This document shows, piece after piece, positions 1 through 14,700 of a stretch of DNA of 64,000 bases. The first letter of the stretch is position 1. Every line of letters begins with the position of its first letter. The stretch is from Phoronis australis (lineage: Eukaryota > Animalia > Phoronida), in the NCBI GenBank assembly GCA_002633005.1, contig NMRA01000448.1, positions 308,286-372,285 of the forward strand. The letters run 5' to 3'. The notes under the pieces were generated by a model, which saw nothing but the letters and a program-made list of their open reading frames with translations, did no database searches and was not told the origin of the DNA. Position numbers and translations under genes: made by a program.

Positions 1-2199
1 ACATATGTCAGTCATATACAAACACCTGGAAGTATAGATAAGAATACTGACAAAAAGATGTATCAATAAAAAATCAATAAAAACGCTCTGTGGAGCGACC
101 CTTGGGATTATTAAATAAAAAAATTAACGGTGAGGTTGATAACGAAATCAAAAACATCATTAATCATGACCCCGGCACTCATTAGATAGCCCGTGAGGAG
201 ATCTATTTACATACCAAATGTGAAATGGTTCTTTCAAAGGATCGCCGAACACAAGCTCCGCAAACACAATTTAAAAATGGCCATCATAGCACCATCATGC
301 GTCCGATTTCGCCCAAGAACTAAAATTCTCAGGCTATTGACTAAATAAACACTGTACGTAAATTCCATGTCTATCAAATGCAAAATGTGATCTCTTGCAC
401 TAATGTGATAGGCTAACAAAGTGCAGCTATAATTAACCAGTCAATAAAAGAAGCAGTAAATCTCGAATATCACACGAACAGTAAGTCATAGCGAGAAACG
501 GATTTCACAATGCTAATGGCGCTTGAAAAGATCTCTTCCCATACCAAATTCCAGATGGATTCGTCACGGGATGCTGAAGATATGACACAAAGACTCAATT
601 AATTGGAAATCAGTCCCTAGAAAATCTTGAATAACTTGAGAATGGTAACACCTAAAGAAAAACGGATGGTAACTCGCGATAGTCCTCATATGGTCTATCC
701 ACAAAAAAATTCAGAAGATACCTACAGAAACAGTGGAGCTATGGCTCTGCAAACCAAAAAAGTGAAAAATGGCCACCACAGCATCATCTTACGTCCGATT
801 TTAACCTCAAAACTATAGGCTTCGAGCCATTCACAAGACACAAGTTGTGTGTAAATTTCACTTTGATCTGATAAGAACTGCACACAACAAATTTATGACA
901 ATGCAACAGACTTGGAGAAATTTCATTTCACCAAGGCACGACGGACTCACGATCTGATCTTTAACAGCACGAAATGAGCTAGATATCAACCACCTCCAAT
1001 TACAAACAATTATTTTTCCAAATGCTCGTTTGCCGTTCTAATACTCAGTTGAAAAACAATGGAGTCCTCTTTGGAATATGAAATTTACGGGGCTCGTACC
1101 AAAGTGATAATGCATAAAAATAATAAAATGTTGTGTGATGATGCTAATATTTCAACGAACCATAATGACACCACATGTTAACATGCCTTGTTAATTTCTC
1201 AAACATGTGAGTAGTTTAAATGAGAAACTCATCGCAGTACTCATCAGTTGAAATCCATATAGACTTGACAGTCTGTCTATAGATAGTGCTGGCAGTCCAT
1301 AGATAGGACTTTAACCAAGTTAATTATCCCTGGAGTATCTGCAAGGTAATTCTATTTCATGTGCGCTTAAATCAAATCTGCATTAACCTGAGAATTCTTG
1401 ACAACAGACTCATGGATTAGAGTTTTCAGATTTACCTCCCAGTTGTATCATGCGCATTTTAAGCAACATTTTATTGAAATCTAACCAAACTAAACTATTT
1501 CCTTAGCAACAACATGATCATTCATCGACAATAAATTAATGATTTCATCCCCAGGTAATAGGGATTTAGGTTACAAAAATGATTATAAAATAGGTAGTAA
1601 CAGTTACTGTTACATAATTCATGAGCTTCTCTGCAAGTTGTGATGCTGAAACTGATCAGAGCGTAGTCAATGTTTCAAGTTTGAAATTAAGAAATTCTTC
1701 ATCCACAATTAGACATCCTTCATAAAAATCAAGAGTTCACTAACCTTAACTTAAAAAGAAAAACAATTTTTGTAGGGACTACAATTATGAACACAAAATG
1801 AACACTTAGAAAGGTGTTGCTGAAATAGAATATGTGTATAATTAAAATAAAGAATTTAATAAAGGAACGTAACGAGGAAGTGCCAATATTGTTAATGTGC
1901 CTGTCTAAGGGCATTATAATATGGGCATTACAATATGGGCATTATAATATCACAATATCAGGGTAATCAGCTTAGGGTACTCCACTGTGAGAAGTTATGT
2001 TCAAATCAGATGTAAGATGTAGATATACAGCTACTGATACTCAAACTGTACAGGTTGACTCAATGAGGGCGCTGTTTCATAATAGCCACGGTAGTAGTCT
2101 GAATTCACTCTGTTGTCATTACTCACCAAGGCTTTTTAATGTATGTTTATCCATTTTACAACTTTATGCTTTTATGGAATGTGAATTTCTCAACAAAAC

Positions 2200-4390
2200 A
2201 AAAAGGGGCAAGACAGAGTGTTGAAATATGCCTATGACTGCACCGCAAATGGTGTGCTTCTAGGAGTGTTTATTTGTATTATAAAAATGGCACAGAATAC
2301 AATGAACCCATCCAAAATTGTCATCGTCTCTCAAAACTATGAAAATCATGAAAATCTGTGAAAGAAAAAATTGCCATTAGGAACCACAGCTGTAGTTGAA
2401 TCTATACATCTGCTGTCAAGTTAATAGGAATACAATTGTACAACCGTACAACCGATACAACCATAGATGCGAAAACATGTCACTTGGGGGCACCACAGTA
2501 GTTGGACCCGTTTGGAAATCCACATCAGTTATGCTCTTGTCAGTAAGAACACACCTGGCAATTTTCACAATGATCCTCTGCGCGGTTTGGTAGATCCAGA
2601 AGCAGACGACAAAAAACAGACAAAAAAATAATTAAAATGGTCACTAGTCAGTGCAGAATATGATGAATCCATCACAAAAAGGAAACTAAGGTGCTGTCGT
2701 CTTCATAACAGAAGCTTGTCTGCCCAATTTCGTGAAAAAGCATCAAGGAACTTTGAAGTTATAGAGGATTTGTATGAAACCCACTGCCATCTGTTGGCAT
2801 CTGCACAGGAACACATCTGCTAGATTTTACAGAGATCTTGCAAAGGGCAAAGGAGATACAGCCGTCAATGTAAAAATAATAAAATTGGCACTAAGGGTCG
2901 CCAGAGTAGTCGAACCGAAAATCAACATCAGCCTTGGTCTTCTCGTCAGAAACACATCTCTAAATTTTAATAATGATCCTACAAGCGGTTACGTGGATGG
3001 AGAGGGTGGTATCAAAAAAGTACTCAAAAATTTTTAAAATGGCCAGCAGGTGCCGTAGAATACATCAAATCCATCCAAAAATGAGGTGTCATCATCTCTT
3101 TGACAGAAACCTACTTGCTAAATTTCAAGATAATAAAAACCGTTGCTGTACATCAAATCTATTTGAAAACAGGAACCTGTTGTCTCTATAAAAGAAACTG
3201 GTTTATTAAATTTCAAAAAAATACGTCGATGAGCTCCAAAGATACAGAGGGCATAAAAAATTGCCAGGTTTATTAAATTTCAAAAAAATACGTCGATGAG
3301 CTCCAAAGATACAGAGGGCATCAAAAAAAATTGCCACTAGGGGGACACAGCGATAGTCGGATCCATCAAAATGTCATTGTTGTCCATTGTCAACTTTATT
3401 GAATACACTTGTCAAAGACTTTGCAGAGGGTTTGGGAGATACAGCCAGATGTTAAAAAATGTCACTAGATGTCACAGTAGTCTGATACACTTGAAAATCA
3501 TTATCAGCCGCCCTCTTCACAATAGATACATAAATACCAATTTTCAAAGTCATCCTTAGAGCGGTTTGGTTGATCAAGGGGCGGATGCCAAAAACAGACT
3601 AGAAAACAGAAGAAATGGCCACTAGATGGCACAAAATATGTCGAATCCATTGCAAAACAAGAACATCATTTCTTTAATAGAAAGCTATTTACCAAATTTC
3701 ATAAAAATCCATCAACGAACTTCAAAGGAACAGAGGAAAACAGAAAAAAAATGAAATTGCCACTAGGGGGTACAGAGTTTGTCGGATTTGTCCAAAAGCC
3801 ATTGTCGTCCTTTGTCAACTTCATATAAATACATGTGCCATGTTTAATAAAGATCCCGCAGAAGGTTTAGGAAATGCAACTAGGAGGCGCCACAGTACAA
3901 GAAATCATCTGAAAATCATTGTTAACCATCTTCTTCACAGTAGGAAGAGATATTCCAATTTTTACAATCATCCTTAGAATGGTTTTGTTGATAGAGGGGC
4001 AGACGCCAAAAACAGATTCAAAAGCAGTAAAAATGGCCACTAGGTGGTACAAAATAACTTGAATCCATTCAAAAAAGGGAAAGTAGTGTCATTTCACTAA
4101 TAAATATCTATTTGCCAATTGTAAGAAAATCCGTTGAGGACCTTTGATGATAGAGGTAAACGTAAAAAACTAAAATTGCCACTAGGGGCGCACATAAGTG
4201 GGTGGTTTCGTCCGAAAATTCGCTCATGTCGTCCCATCCATGAAAAGAGCATGTGTGCAAAATTTCATGAATATACATCAAAGGATTTTGGAAACAGAGC
4301 AAGCAGCGCACACCGGACACCCGACAGACACCGGACAGGGATGACGGCATAATACTACCACATATTTATATGTGGGCGCATAGTAAAATA
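2200..4390 (+). mobile_element. HINE/Pearl-like element copy with core-repeat array
   Basis: Same 5' motif, ~420-bp higher-order repeats (CATCCTTAGA at 3551 and 3969), GACA/GGAC tract and terminal hairpin ...CATATTTATATGTGGGCGCAT. Confidence 0.7.
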
Positions 4391-5030
4391 AAGCGATTAT
4401 CTCATGTTACTAGATAAAAACGTAAATTCTAAATCGCACAAACAACAATGTGCCCCTAAATTATAATTAAGAAAATATGATAAGACTTCAAAAACACGCA
4501 AAAAGTCCAAAAGTGTAAAACACAGCCCAGACTAGCCGACTTTGTGACAGATAACCTATTCATATGATAACCTGTGAACAATATTTGACCAAACCAACAG
4601 GTAACACAGAAGGAGCAGAAATTCCAAAATCACTGCTACAGTACAATCTCACTAACTTAAGACAAAACTGATAGCTAGAAGTACCCTTTCTTCATTTAGC
4701 AGCGCTGTGAATGCCCACAAATTTTTAAACCAATGTGAATGTGGTGCAGTAATGATAAACAAAACAAACAACTCCAAAAACGAGTAGTGAGTTCCCTAAA
4801 ACACAAAACAGAACAACTTCAATGAAAGGACGTTTCTAATAACGTAAGGTGTTTTGTTAGCAAGCACGAGAGTACGGTACAATTGTACCAATTTCCTACA
4901 AAAATCACATTTTTTTATTTTTCAAAGGCTTCTAACAAGGCCTGCCAATCAGTTTGAAATATAGTAAATATACAGACGCTGAAGCTGCCATATAGTGAAA
5001 TATATCAAATAAACACAGAAAAATCAGGAA

Positions 5031-5105
5031 ACCCAACTGGGAATCGAACCTCAGGTCTCTAGATTGCCAGTCTAGTGCTCTTACCACTGAGCTACTGAGG
5101 ATCCC
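5031..5105 (-). mobile_element. tRNA-derived SINE head or tRNA pseudogene
   Basis: TAGCTCAGTGGTAAGAGC D arm, CTAGA-CTGGCAA-TCTAG anticodon arm (GGC), GGTTCGATTCC; acceptor stem does not pair. Confidence 0.65.
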
Positions 5106-5679
5106 ATGTCTGTCCAACTACTGTTTGCAGCCAACTGTTATGTCACATTTAGAATATAATCTGTATCCTTAATGGGAAAAATCTGTGTTTTGTTAGAGAA
5201 AACTTGAACAATTTTGAATATTTCCACAATCAAAGGATAATGTGATACACGTATTCGTTAAAGGTGCCTGGGTTCTCAGTGTTGAAGTCTGTGTGATGAA
5301 ACCTGGTGCATTGCTTCTACTGTTTTCTAAATGTAATCCAGTTACTTGGAAGTTTACACTCAGAAATTCCACAGTTGACATCTTCATATGACTTCCAGAG
5401 CAGACGACATCCCAATACGCAAAGTCAACTAAATGCATTTTTATTGCTCAGTTATTCTCAAACTAACTTCAACTGACCAATCACGAAAGGGAAAGCCCAA
5501 TATGTAAATTGAATTATATAGTGATACTCAGGATACATCTTATTGGTTGTATCTTGCTCTTTCCACTATTTACGTTATTTAAATTTCAATAAGCTGATAA
5601 TTTTTATTAAAGATAATTTCTACTTTTAGCTAAGTTTTTAAAGACACAGATATGATCAAAATCTGTTACATTTTAAAAT

Positions 5680-5703
5680 TCACACGTAGCGATTCTTAAG
5701 GTC
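5680..5703 (-). CDS. GRIPAP1: GRIPAP1 probable terminal exon (DLKNRYV*)
   Basis: CTAAT branch-like motif plus TTTTAG| acceptor, starts with D as in orthologues, TGA at 5682-5680, AATAAA (minus) at 5608-5603. Confidence 0.6.
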   Translation of the reverse strand, partial: DLKNRYV

Positions 5704-8700
5704 CTAAAAGTAATTAGAATATGGGAAAATCCGTAATAGCAGGCAACCCTGGTTTTGAATGGCCATTATTTCTCATATGTGGTCTTGTGCTAGCTATGGT
5801 GCAGAATTTAGAAATGATAAAGCATTTATTTTGTACTATTCATCTTCTAGGAAGAAAATAAAATTTTAATTGCCTGCCACATTGTGTCCTAAATTGGTAA
5901 GAATCTACAATGTCTTACTACACATGGTTGACAAGCATTTTTGATTGTATTCATCTTTCACATGACCTTAGACCCTTCTTATAACCTCTGACCTACCAGG
6001 TAGGGATACATAGTATTTACCCTAGTATTGTATTCATCTTAAACAGCACTCTCTTCTCAATCATGCTCACCAAAATTAACCTCAGATATGAACTCTGACC
6101 TTTATTCAGGAGGTCACCTTCCACCTACCTGCTGCAGGTGCACATTCTTGGTTAGTGTCTCTTCCAACATCCTCTGCAGTTTCCTGTTTACTTCTCTCAA
6201 ATTCTCATCACCCTTGTCCTTGACAAAATCGATGACTCGCTTCACAGTCAACTTGTCTTTATGTATCTCCTTGGCCGCGGGCGGCACGAACTCTGCAACA
6301 GGAAGTTAGAAGAGCGTCTCGTAGACCAAGATTCCCGCGAGAAAAGTACGACGTTGAAAACTGGCGGCCACTAAAGTGAAGCTGAAGTACAGAATTGTGG
6401 GACTGAATTCAACGTTTCTGTTCCATAAGCGAGGAATTTTCTGCACAAGAGCGAACTAACGTCCCACAGCATACAAAATGCAGCCCAGCACTAAACAGTT
6501 AGGAAAATGTAGACCTGAGTAATTAACTCACAAGTTACATTTCCTTACAAATAACAGCCTGAATATAACAAGATTAGACGGTTCTTGATTTTTGCCAGCT
6601 GAGTTCTTGAGATAAAAAGCCTGAGCAAAAAATCCCAGACACACTTTTTAATCAACGTAATAAAGCGACTGACTTTGTTACAAGATTCATATAAAAACAT
6701 TCAGGTCATGGAAGTTTCATCCCTTCTGTGAAAAATAATATTTTTTAAAGAAAGCAAGATCTCGTGACTACAAATATTTGGGTATTACTTTTTTGCACAA
6801 TGATAACTTTTGTTTTAACTAAGGATCCTAAACACATGCGTTTCACACAATTAAAATTACTGTGACAATAACAATTTTCCATGATACCAAAATGTAGTCT
6901 CGTAAATCTATATACGAGGAGGTAGTAACAAATCACCCAGCAGATGATGAACTCTGTTTAGTTACAATAATACTTGGTGTTCTGACTGTCACACCAAACA
7001 TAGCGTACCTGGCCTTCACAGCGCACTGGTTTACAACAGCCCCACCTACCAGGCCTCTCTCCATATTGCAGCGCTCTATGAAAGCTGTTTGTGTTATAAG
7101 ATCCCTGCCTACTAGGCTTCCCCTCCATAATGGTGAGGTCCAAGACAGAAGTCTGTGTAATAAGCCACTACCTACCAAGCCTCCCCTAAGAATCCAATGC
7201 CCTATGACAGCTGCTTGTTTAATAAGCCCCCTACCTTCTAGACCTGCCCTCCAGAATGCAGAAGTCTAAGACAGCTGTTTGTGTAGTAACCTCTCTACCT
7301 ACCAGGCCTCCCCTCCAGTGCGTAGTGCTCTATGATGGCCTGTTTCTGTAACAAGTCTTCTGCCATGGCTGCGTTGCTGGTTTCAAGATGCGACAACTGC
7401 AAAAGCAGTGTAATGATAATGACTGATGACACATCACAGACCTAGTAGCATTTAATAATGACTGTGACAAACCTCAGCAGTAGAGAGAGTGACATAAGGA
7501 TAATGAAGACATGGCAATGGTAACGTAACGTGTCTCAGCTTTAGTAGCAGTGCCCTCTTATGACGACAATGATCACCATAACATCTCTAATCAAGCAACA
7601 GGAACACCATGAAAACATGTTATGATGATACAATAGTATCTGCATGCTTCACTTTCCTGTTTAGACAAAACAGTGCAATGGGGAAATTTGCCCACAAAGC
7701 ATAAACTATGTAGAGTAACTTAGAGACACATATGCAGTAGAAATCATAACAATTTTCTACCAAGAACACTAATGTCAGAGTGGCACGTATCAACAAAACA
7801 GACCAGTGGTCATTTAAAGGTCATGTTGGACCCTAGAGAAAAGATCATCTCTGCTAAAATTCGAAACGTCCGAGTTTTAACACACGTCTTTTCTGATAAT
7901 TAATCCAAGCCAATGTCTACACCGCTCATTTCATAGGTTATACGTGTGTTACCTTTTCCTCCATTACCCACTTGTCTTGCTGCAGATCTGCCAGTCTAGT
8001 CAACAGTTCATTGTTCTCCTGTTCTAAAACAGCCTCTGAAGCCATGTGTTGACTAGATGTTGGAGACTGCAACACAACAGCACGTCGAAAATGACTATAA
8101 AAATTGCCTACTCCGAAATTGATTTGGTTATAATAATAATAAAAGTGAATCTGCTCAGTACGCAATATCAAGCTCTGATTTAAATGATTGATATCTCTGG
8201 TTGCTGTAACGCGAAGTACACAACAGACCATGTTCTTGTGTCGAAAGCTATTTTTTTCTCAGGCATATTTACACTTCCGAAAATGACATTATTGACTTCT
8301 CGTCATATGTCAAAACTGAACTTGGTTACAATGATTTGCCAAGACACTATCTTTCAGAGACTTTCAGAGCTGAAGTGTTCTGGCCGTCACCTGGAACTTA
8401 TTACACATGATCTGAAACAATGACCTGTCAGTTCTTCCCATGCCCAAAGATCACTTCTAATCTGAATAAGGAAAAAGACGAAACCATCCTTTTTGGCTAA
8501 TATATTTTTCATTTTACCGAAAGCATGGATTTAATGCCGCATGCAGTAGCATCTTTGAAGACCAGAGTTTTGGTTTTGGTGTGGAAGCCTGTGTTTTGGG
8601 TCTTTAATGCAGCCTTTCGTTTTATTTATTACACAATATAACATCATGGTTCAAATGGCGTTTCTTAATTTCCATAACACGGAGAGTCACACCACTGACT

Positions 8701-11700
8701 CGCTTTATTCCTGTTTTGGGATCCTGGCTAGACTGTGTGGGGCTCACCTCTGCCGTTGTATCTTTGTAGCCACTACTGGTGCTATGGTGGCCCAGTGATG
8801 ACACAGAGCTGTTATCTCCCTTGTAACGGTCATCTGAGTCTCGGGAATTAAACAGTTCTTCTATGGCTGCGACAAGAACAAAATATAAAATCCCTGCGTC
8901 AATTACGCAAGCAATATCACCACAGATGATAAAATAGCAACTACAGGTCTTTTCTTAAAGCTGAACCTGCAGCTAATTCCTTGTCTCTGTGATTGCTTGG
9001 GCAAATTAGAAACACAACATACACCGACAACGTGAATATGAAGTAGGTTGAAAATTGCCAAATGTTTTTAACAACGAGTTTTGTGTTGACAATGATCCGT
9101 CGCAAATCACTCAATCGTGTCCAGCAAGTATCATGATGTGGCAGTTCGGGAATAACACAGCATGATGCGGGTTATGTGAGCCCCCAAGTTATGTCATTAG
9201 TGCAAAGGTCACCTATTTGCAGATTTTTTTTGTTTTCACATTGAAAAGTTGTTAATGAATACAACTGCACTTTGTTTAAGGTACATGGTGTTCACTACCC
9301 TTGTCGTTTAGTTTCTGCTGTACATCAACATAGTTAGGAGCATGAAAATACATTTTTAAAGGTACAGTCTGTATTTTCTTCTCAGCATATTTAATAAATA
9401 GCAAGGTTTTCTTAAGTTGCGCATGATTGATTCAAATGGTGGAGAGAGGGGTAATAGTCGGATGTAACGTGCCCACATTTTGAGAACCAGTTTCATGCCA
9501 ACTATTCAGTGGAGAAAACTGGTTCTCAAAATGCGGGCACATTATATTCGACAACTATCGAGGTAAGTGTACGCTTGCTGCCTTATCTGTTACTATTCGT
9601 GATTAAAGTGGTTTCAGTTTGTTTCATCAAATTGTTGCCACACGAGTTTCAAGTCGAAATTGTTATCTAACCGTCAGACCATAGCGAGCCTTAAAATATA
9701 ACTCGCAAGAGATATTTTCTTTCGAAAATTGCATGCAGAATCAGATGTAGTAATTAAGGCTAATAGTATGTAGATGCACCTCCTCAACAAGTCTGTATTT
9801 ATCCAAATATCAACTACACTAACTCATTAAAAGGGTAACTATATTTTCTGAAAGCAGACAACCCGTAGAATTAATTTAGCAAACAAAAAAGAGATGTATG
9901 TTCATAGCTAAGCAACCGTATCAATAACCATAAACAAATTTTGTTCGATATAAATTCTCAAGATGATATCTTAAAAATAACGTTATATTTTGTTCTCGTC
10001 TTATGAATGTTTTGAGTTCTTTCACATCAATCTTATTTTTTGATAGCCCCCATGCAACAATTGAATTTTTTAAAAAGAAATTGTAGAGCATTGCATAAAC
10101 CATATTATCTGAAGGTTTCATAAGATTGTAATCAGCTATTTCTGAGAGATGATGCTCCAAAGTAAACCAAATTTGGATAATTATTTTTTCAAGGGTTCCA
10201 CACAATCTTAACCTGCCCATTTGGGAAAGTGTCAGATTTGCGACCAAATTCAGAAATGTTACCCCTTTAATTGAACTTTTCAGGAAGATTTCACAGCATT
10301 TTTGAACGGAAAAATATCTTTATTTTGGAAACTGAATATGGAAAATTCAGAAAAAGATGGTACTCTTTGGCTCTTTTGTTTCATTGAATATTAAATAGAC
10401 AAAATGTTAAATTTGATGACTAGTCTCTAATGTGAGAGTGTGCGCGTGAGTCTGTCAAATAGTCAAGCGTACATTCATATGTATTTGTTTGAATGTGTTA
10501 TTAGTGGCAATGAAAAATTTTTGTATAAATGTCTTAAAATGCAAAGAAAAGTTTGTGCATGGAACTGCACTCAATAACTAAACTGTTCAAACTGTTTACA
10601 ACAAACAACCCATACAAATTCATACATAAAAAACACAAAATGTTGTATGAACGCCTTTTTTAGTAATTTACCACTTCCTGGAATACCAGAGCGCCCTCCC
10701 TGATTCTGCACTATTTACCCACAATGCCGAGCGTCCGTAAGACCCAGGATGTGGGAATCATGATCATGTGTAAAGAACAAATTTTACACCTCTCTAACAG
10801 CATAAGTACCTGTCCAAAGGACCACTTACAGTCAGGGTTACCCTTTGTCTCTGTGATCAGCTCCTTCAGTCTTTCTTGTAATCGTTCACCTTTCTTCTTC
10901 TCAGTTTGAAGTTGACGTTTTAAGTCCTTTAACTGGCAAATCAAACCTCACCATTACAATCACCATCATTGCCACTATTTCATATCTGACTATTCCTTAC
11001 AAAAATAGCTACACTCTTAAAACAACAGAACAACACATAATCCATTACATCTGCTTTGCTTGAATGATGATTGAAGTGTATCTTCCAATCCAGAAAGTGC
11101 ACAAAACAACCCAAACTTCACTACCGTAATTCTCCACTTACTCTGCACAAAAATAATGGCAAAAAATAGTAATTTTTCCATTTTCAAGGCTGATCATCTA
11201 GCTGCAAATAACAGATACTTTACCACATGTTGTTTTATGGCATCCACTATGCTTGTAATAGACTAAAATGTTCTTTATTTGACAAAACAGAAATTCACTT
11301 CTGAGCCACATTCAGTGTAAAATAAGTATTTCTCTGCCCAAAGGTTAAAGAACACCTCAAACAAATCAGAAGTTGTCTATTTGGACCACTACTCACTATG
11401 GAGGCACCTTTCTTTTCATGAAGTTTTTTACCATCCACACTGTCTTTTATCTCTTGTTTAAGCTTGGCTATTCCTGCTTGGCTTGATTCATCTTTCTCTT
11501 TTAATTCGGAAATTTCCGCCTCTAATCGCTGAAAAAACATCAGAACCTTGAGACTGTAAGTATTGTATTAATAATAACTCAGGCAGCGTACCAACTATGA
11601 AGTACCACAGCAGTTTACTTAAGGTAATCAAGGTAAAACATATATGTATTACATAATTATGTATGCATGCGTGACTCAGTATCCAAATTTCAAAGGAATC

Positions 11701-14700
11701 AACTTAGAATACAATGAGCTACAAGTTTATCAATCCCCAACCTGATCACAGGCAGTATATTTACTGAACTAAAACTTGTGGTTTACCATCAAATTGCCTA
11801 TAAAAAGGGCTGACTACCATTTAAAACAAGAGCAATGCTGGGGTGAGGGTTGACAAGCGCCCACGGTGAATCACATACGATATGCTATAAGGGCCACTAG
11901 GAGATGCTGCAGTTGTCAAATTAGCCTGAAAACCAAATGGTGCCGGTGCACTATCATCACATACAGTTGAGTCAAGTTTCATTGAAATCTATCAATCAGT
12001 TCTCTAGACATAACCCAGAAATGCTTTTACCCATACCAACACTTGAAATACCCTTGTTGAAGAACAAAATTGTGTCGACACATGGTAATCATACATAACT
12101 ACATAAAGTTTCATTCAAATCCATCAAATGTTTAAAAAAGATATCAACAACAAATGTTCTTCCCAAAATAGCATGTAGCCGAGAATGCGAAAAAAATATT
12201 GTAGACCAAAGTCAAACAAATGTATATCATGAATTTTCACATGTTCCCCCTAACATGACAGTGGCTCAAGTCATATTAAGATGGTTAATAAGTTCCAGCA
12301 GGTCTGTCGAGACAGCCTTGCTCATCAAAACAAAACAACGACAGGAAAACATCAATATTCTACTTTCTACACGTTCAGGGCAAAGGGGCCTCAGCCTACA
12401 AAACTAAATCACTGCTTGAGTCAACACATGGAGTTACATAATATATGTACCAACTAGATTTACTGTAGAGAACAGGTGTCACTGAGTTACAGTCTTACCT
12501 GTACAGCCGTCTCGTGTTCTGTCTGTAACCTGTTCATTTCCTCTTCATATTGTTTCTTAATGGCCTCCATCTCATCTTTGTGTTTTGTCTTCATTTCACT
12601 CATACTTTCCTGAAAGGGATTAAAGCCAAAATCATCAAGACATATATTCAAGACCAGGGTTTGATGCTTACCATAACGTCAACTGGCTAAATACCACCTG
12701 GCTAAGTTCCCAGGTTGACAAATAGGGAATTGAGATCCCAAAATGCTGCTGGTAGGAGCTGAAAATGAAATAAACAACTGAAGATATCTGAAGCGAAAAG
12801 CAGCACATGCTAACCTCTTAAAGCAGACAAACTCAATCAGGCACATCTGGTTTTTGGCAAACGTCTGTATTATTTTGAGTGTGTTCTTGGCTGGCGCGTG
12901 GCGACTTGAGATTTTACCAGGTAGGCAAACAAAATCCGAGGTCGCCAAATCAAGTCGAATGTTTTCCACATATTATGTTTTAGGTAACTAATCAGAGATT
13001 AGACTAATTGTTTTCGAGTAGATATGGGTCCCAATGCCAAAGCTCTAAATACTTGTTTTCTTTTACTAAAAACCAGAATTGCCCACTGAGAAGGGCCAAA
13101 ACAAGGTTCCTATCTCTCTGAGCATAGCTTATGTTTTCACCCCAGAGAGAGTTATTTTTACAATCATAACTATAATAATGACCATATGAGGGCACTCTTG
13201 GAAAGCAGTGCTATCACTGAAGAGGCCACCCTCATTTTAAATATCACAATAAATAAATAAATGTTGTTCTCTTGCCTCTGTTTCCTTTAACCTCCTGTCC
13301 AGCCAATCACGGGCCTCTTCAGCTGACTGTAACGACGCACGTAATGGTTCCACTTCTGAAGTGAGGGTGTCCAGTTCCTTGATTTTTGTCTAAAATACAA
13401 ACACAAAGTAAACAGAAGTCTAACACAGGACTGCATTGTAAATTTATTTAACGGACGAGTAATTACTTTATTTGCGTACATTAAAAGGATACCACACCCA
13501 GTTTTGGCTTATTAATGGATACTAAAAACGATGTTCTCATCCAGTTTTCAGAAACAAAAATAATGCTGTGTAACCCTCGACAACCCTCAAAAGTTTGGAG
13601 AAAAATTTGAAAACTCCTCTCAAAGTCTGTTTAACGGGCAAGCATGACCTACGCCTTTAGCAAATTACACAGCGACTATGGGAAAATAGCACCTACCAAC
13701 AACAACAATATCCGATCAGCGACATCGGTTTATAGTTGATTTCTGCCTTTAACATGGAAGCTTAATGACAATGATGCATTACCAGGTGACAGAGTAAGTA
13801 TTGGTTGAAATCATTAAAGCAGGGTTTAGTATCCGTTTAAACAAACTATTGCTAACATTTTTGAACTTCCAATCTCCCAAATGAATCACAACATATCCAG
13901 CAATCTGGTTCAACACAGTCACTGCCAATAGTCACCAAATTCAAATGTCAATAAAATATGCGTGACAATTTTTATCGAGTAGCAAAAATATTAAAAATAA
14001 GACTACTACCGTCAGTACTAAAATACATTAAAATATTCCCCACGTTTCAAGCGATGCACTCTTTATCAAGGGTATGATACAGACTGGCGAATAGATGGAT
14101 ATAAATAAAATTGCACAGGTGACAGCATGGCGATACACAATAGGCAGCATGAACAATATCGGTCATTACAACTAACAGTGGGGTACGCATGATGGCTCTT
14201 TCTCCGTGAGTTGATGTCTGGCAGCACAGAGAAAGTGCGAGGCCGAGTTCATTGCCAGATTCAATACTCACGCTAGAGGTCTAAACGGGGACAAAGGGGT
14301 TCTATATCACTACAAATCTGTAGTGAATAGACTCCAATAGTTAAGTATCCGTTTCTGTTTAGACCTTCCTCTCGTCATACGTATTCCCACTGTTAGTTGT
14401 GATGACCGATATTGTTCAACCTGCCTATTGTGTATCACCATGCGGTCATGTGTGCAATTTTATTTATATCCATCTATTTGGCAGTCTGTACCATACCCTT
14501 GATAAAGAATGCATCTGTCCAAACGTGGGGAATATTTAAATATACATTAGTACTGACACTTCTCATTTTATTTTTACTAATTTTACTATTTTATATTCTT
14601 ATCCGCCGATAACTGCACGGCATTCCAGCATCTATTTGATTTATTTTTTATCTGAAGCCTACTGCAGTACCAGTTACGTGCATAGACACTATCAATGTTC

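Noticed and set aside
1205-1250. Other CTGATGA hits as hammerheads (1242-1248 minus, 33100, 54688)
   Set aside because: No stem II followed by GAAA and a cleavage triplet.
3200-3336. Local two-copy duplications (also 23369-23511, 31038-31178, 56160-56380)
   Set aside because: Ordinary slippage duplications with no evident function.
5031-5105. Functional tRNA-Ala(GGC)
   Set aside because: Acceptor and T stems are mispaired and a GGC anticodon is atypical for eukaryotes; better explained as a SINE head or pseudogene.
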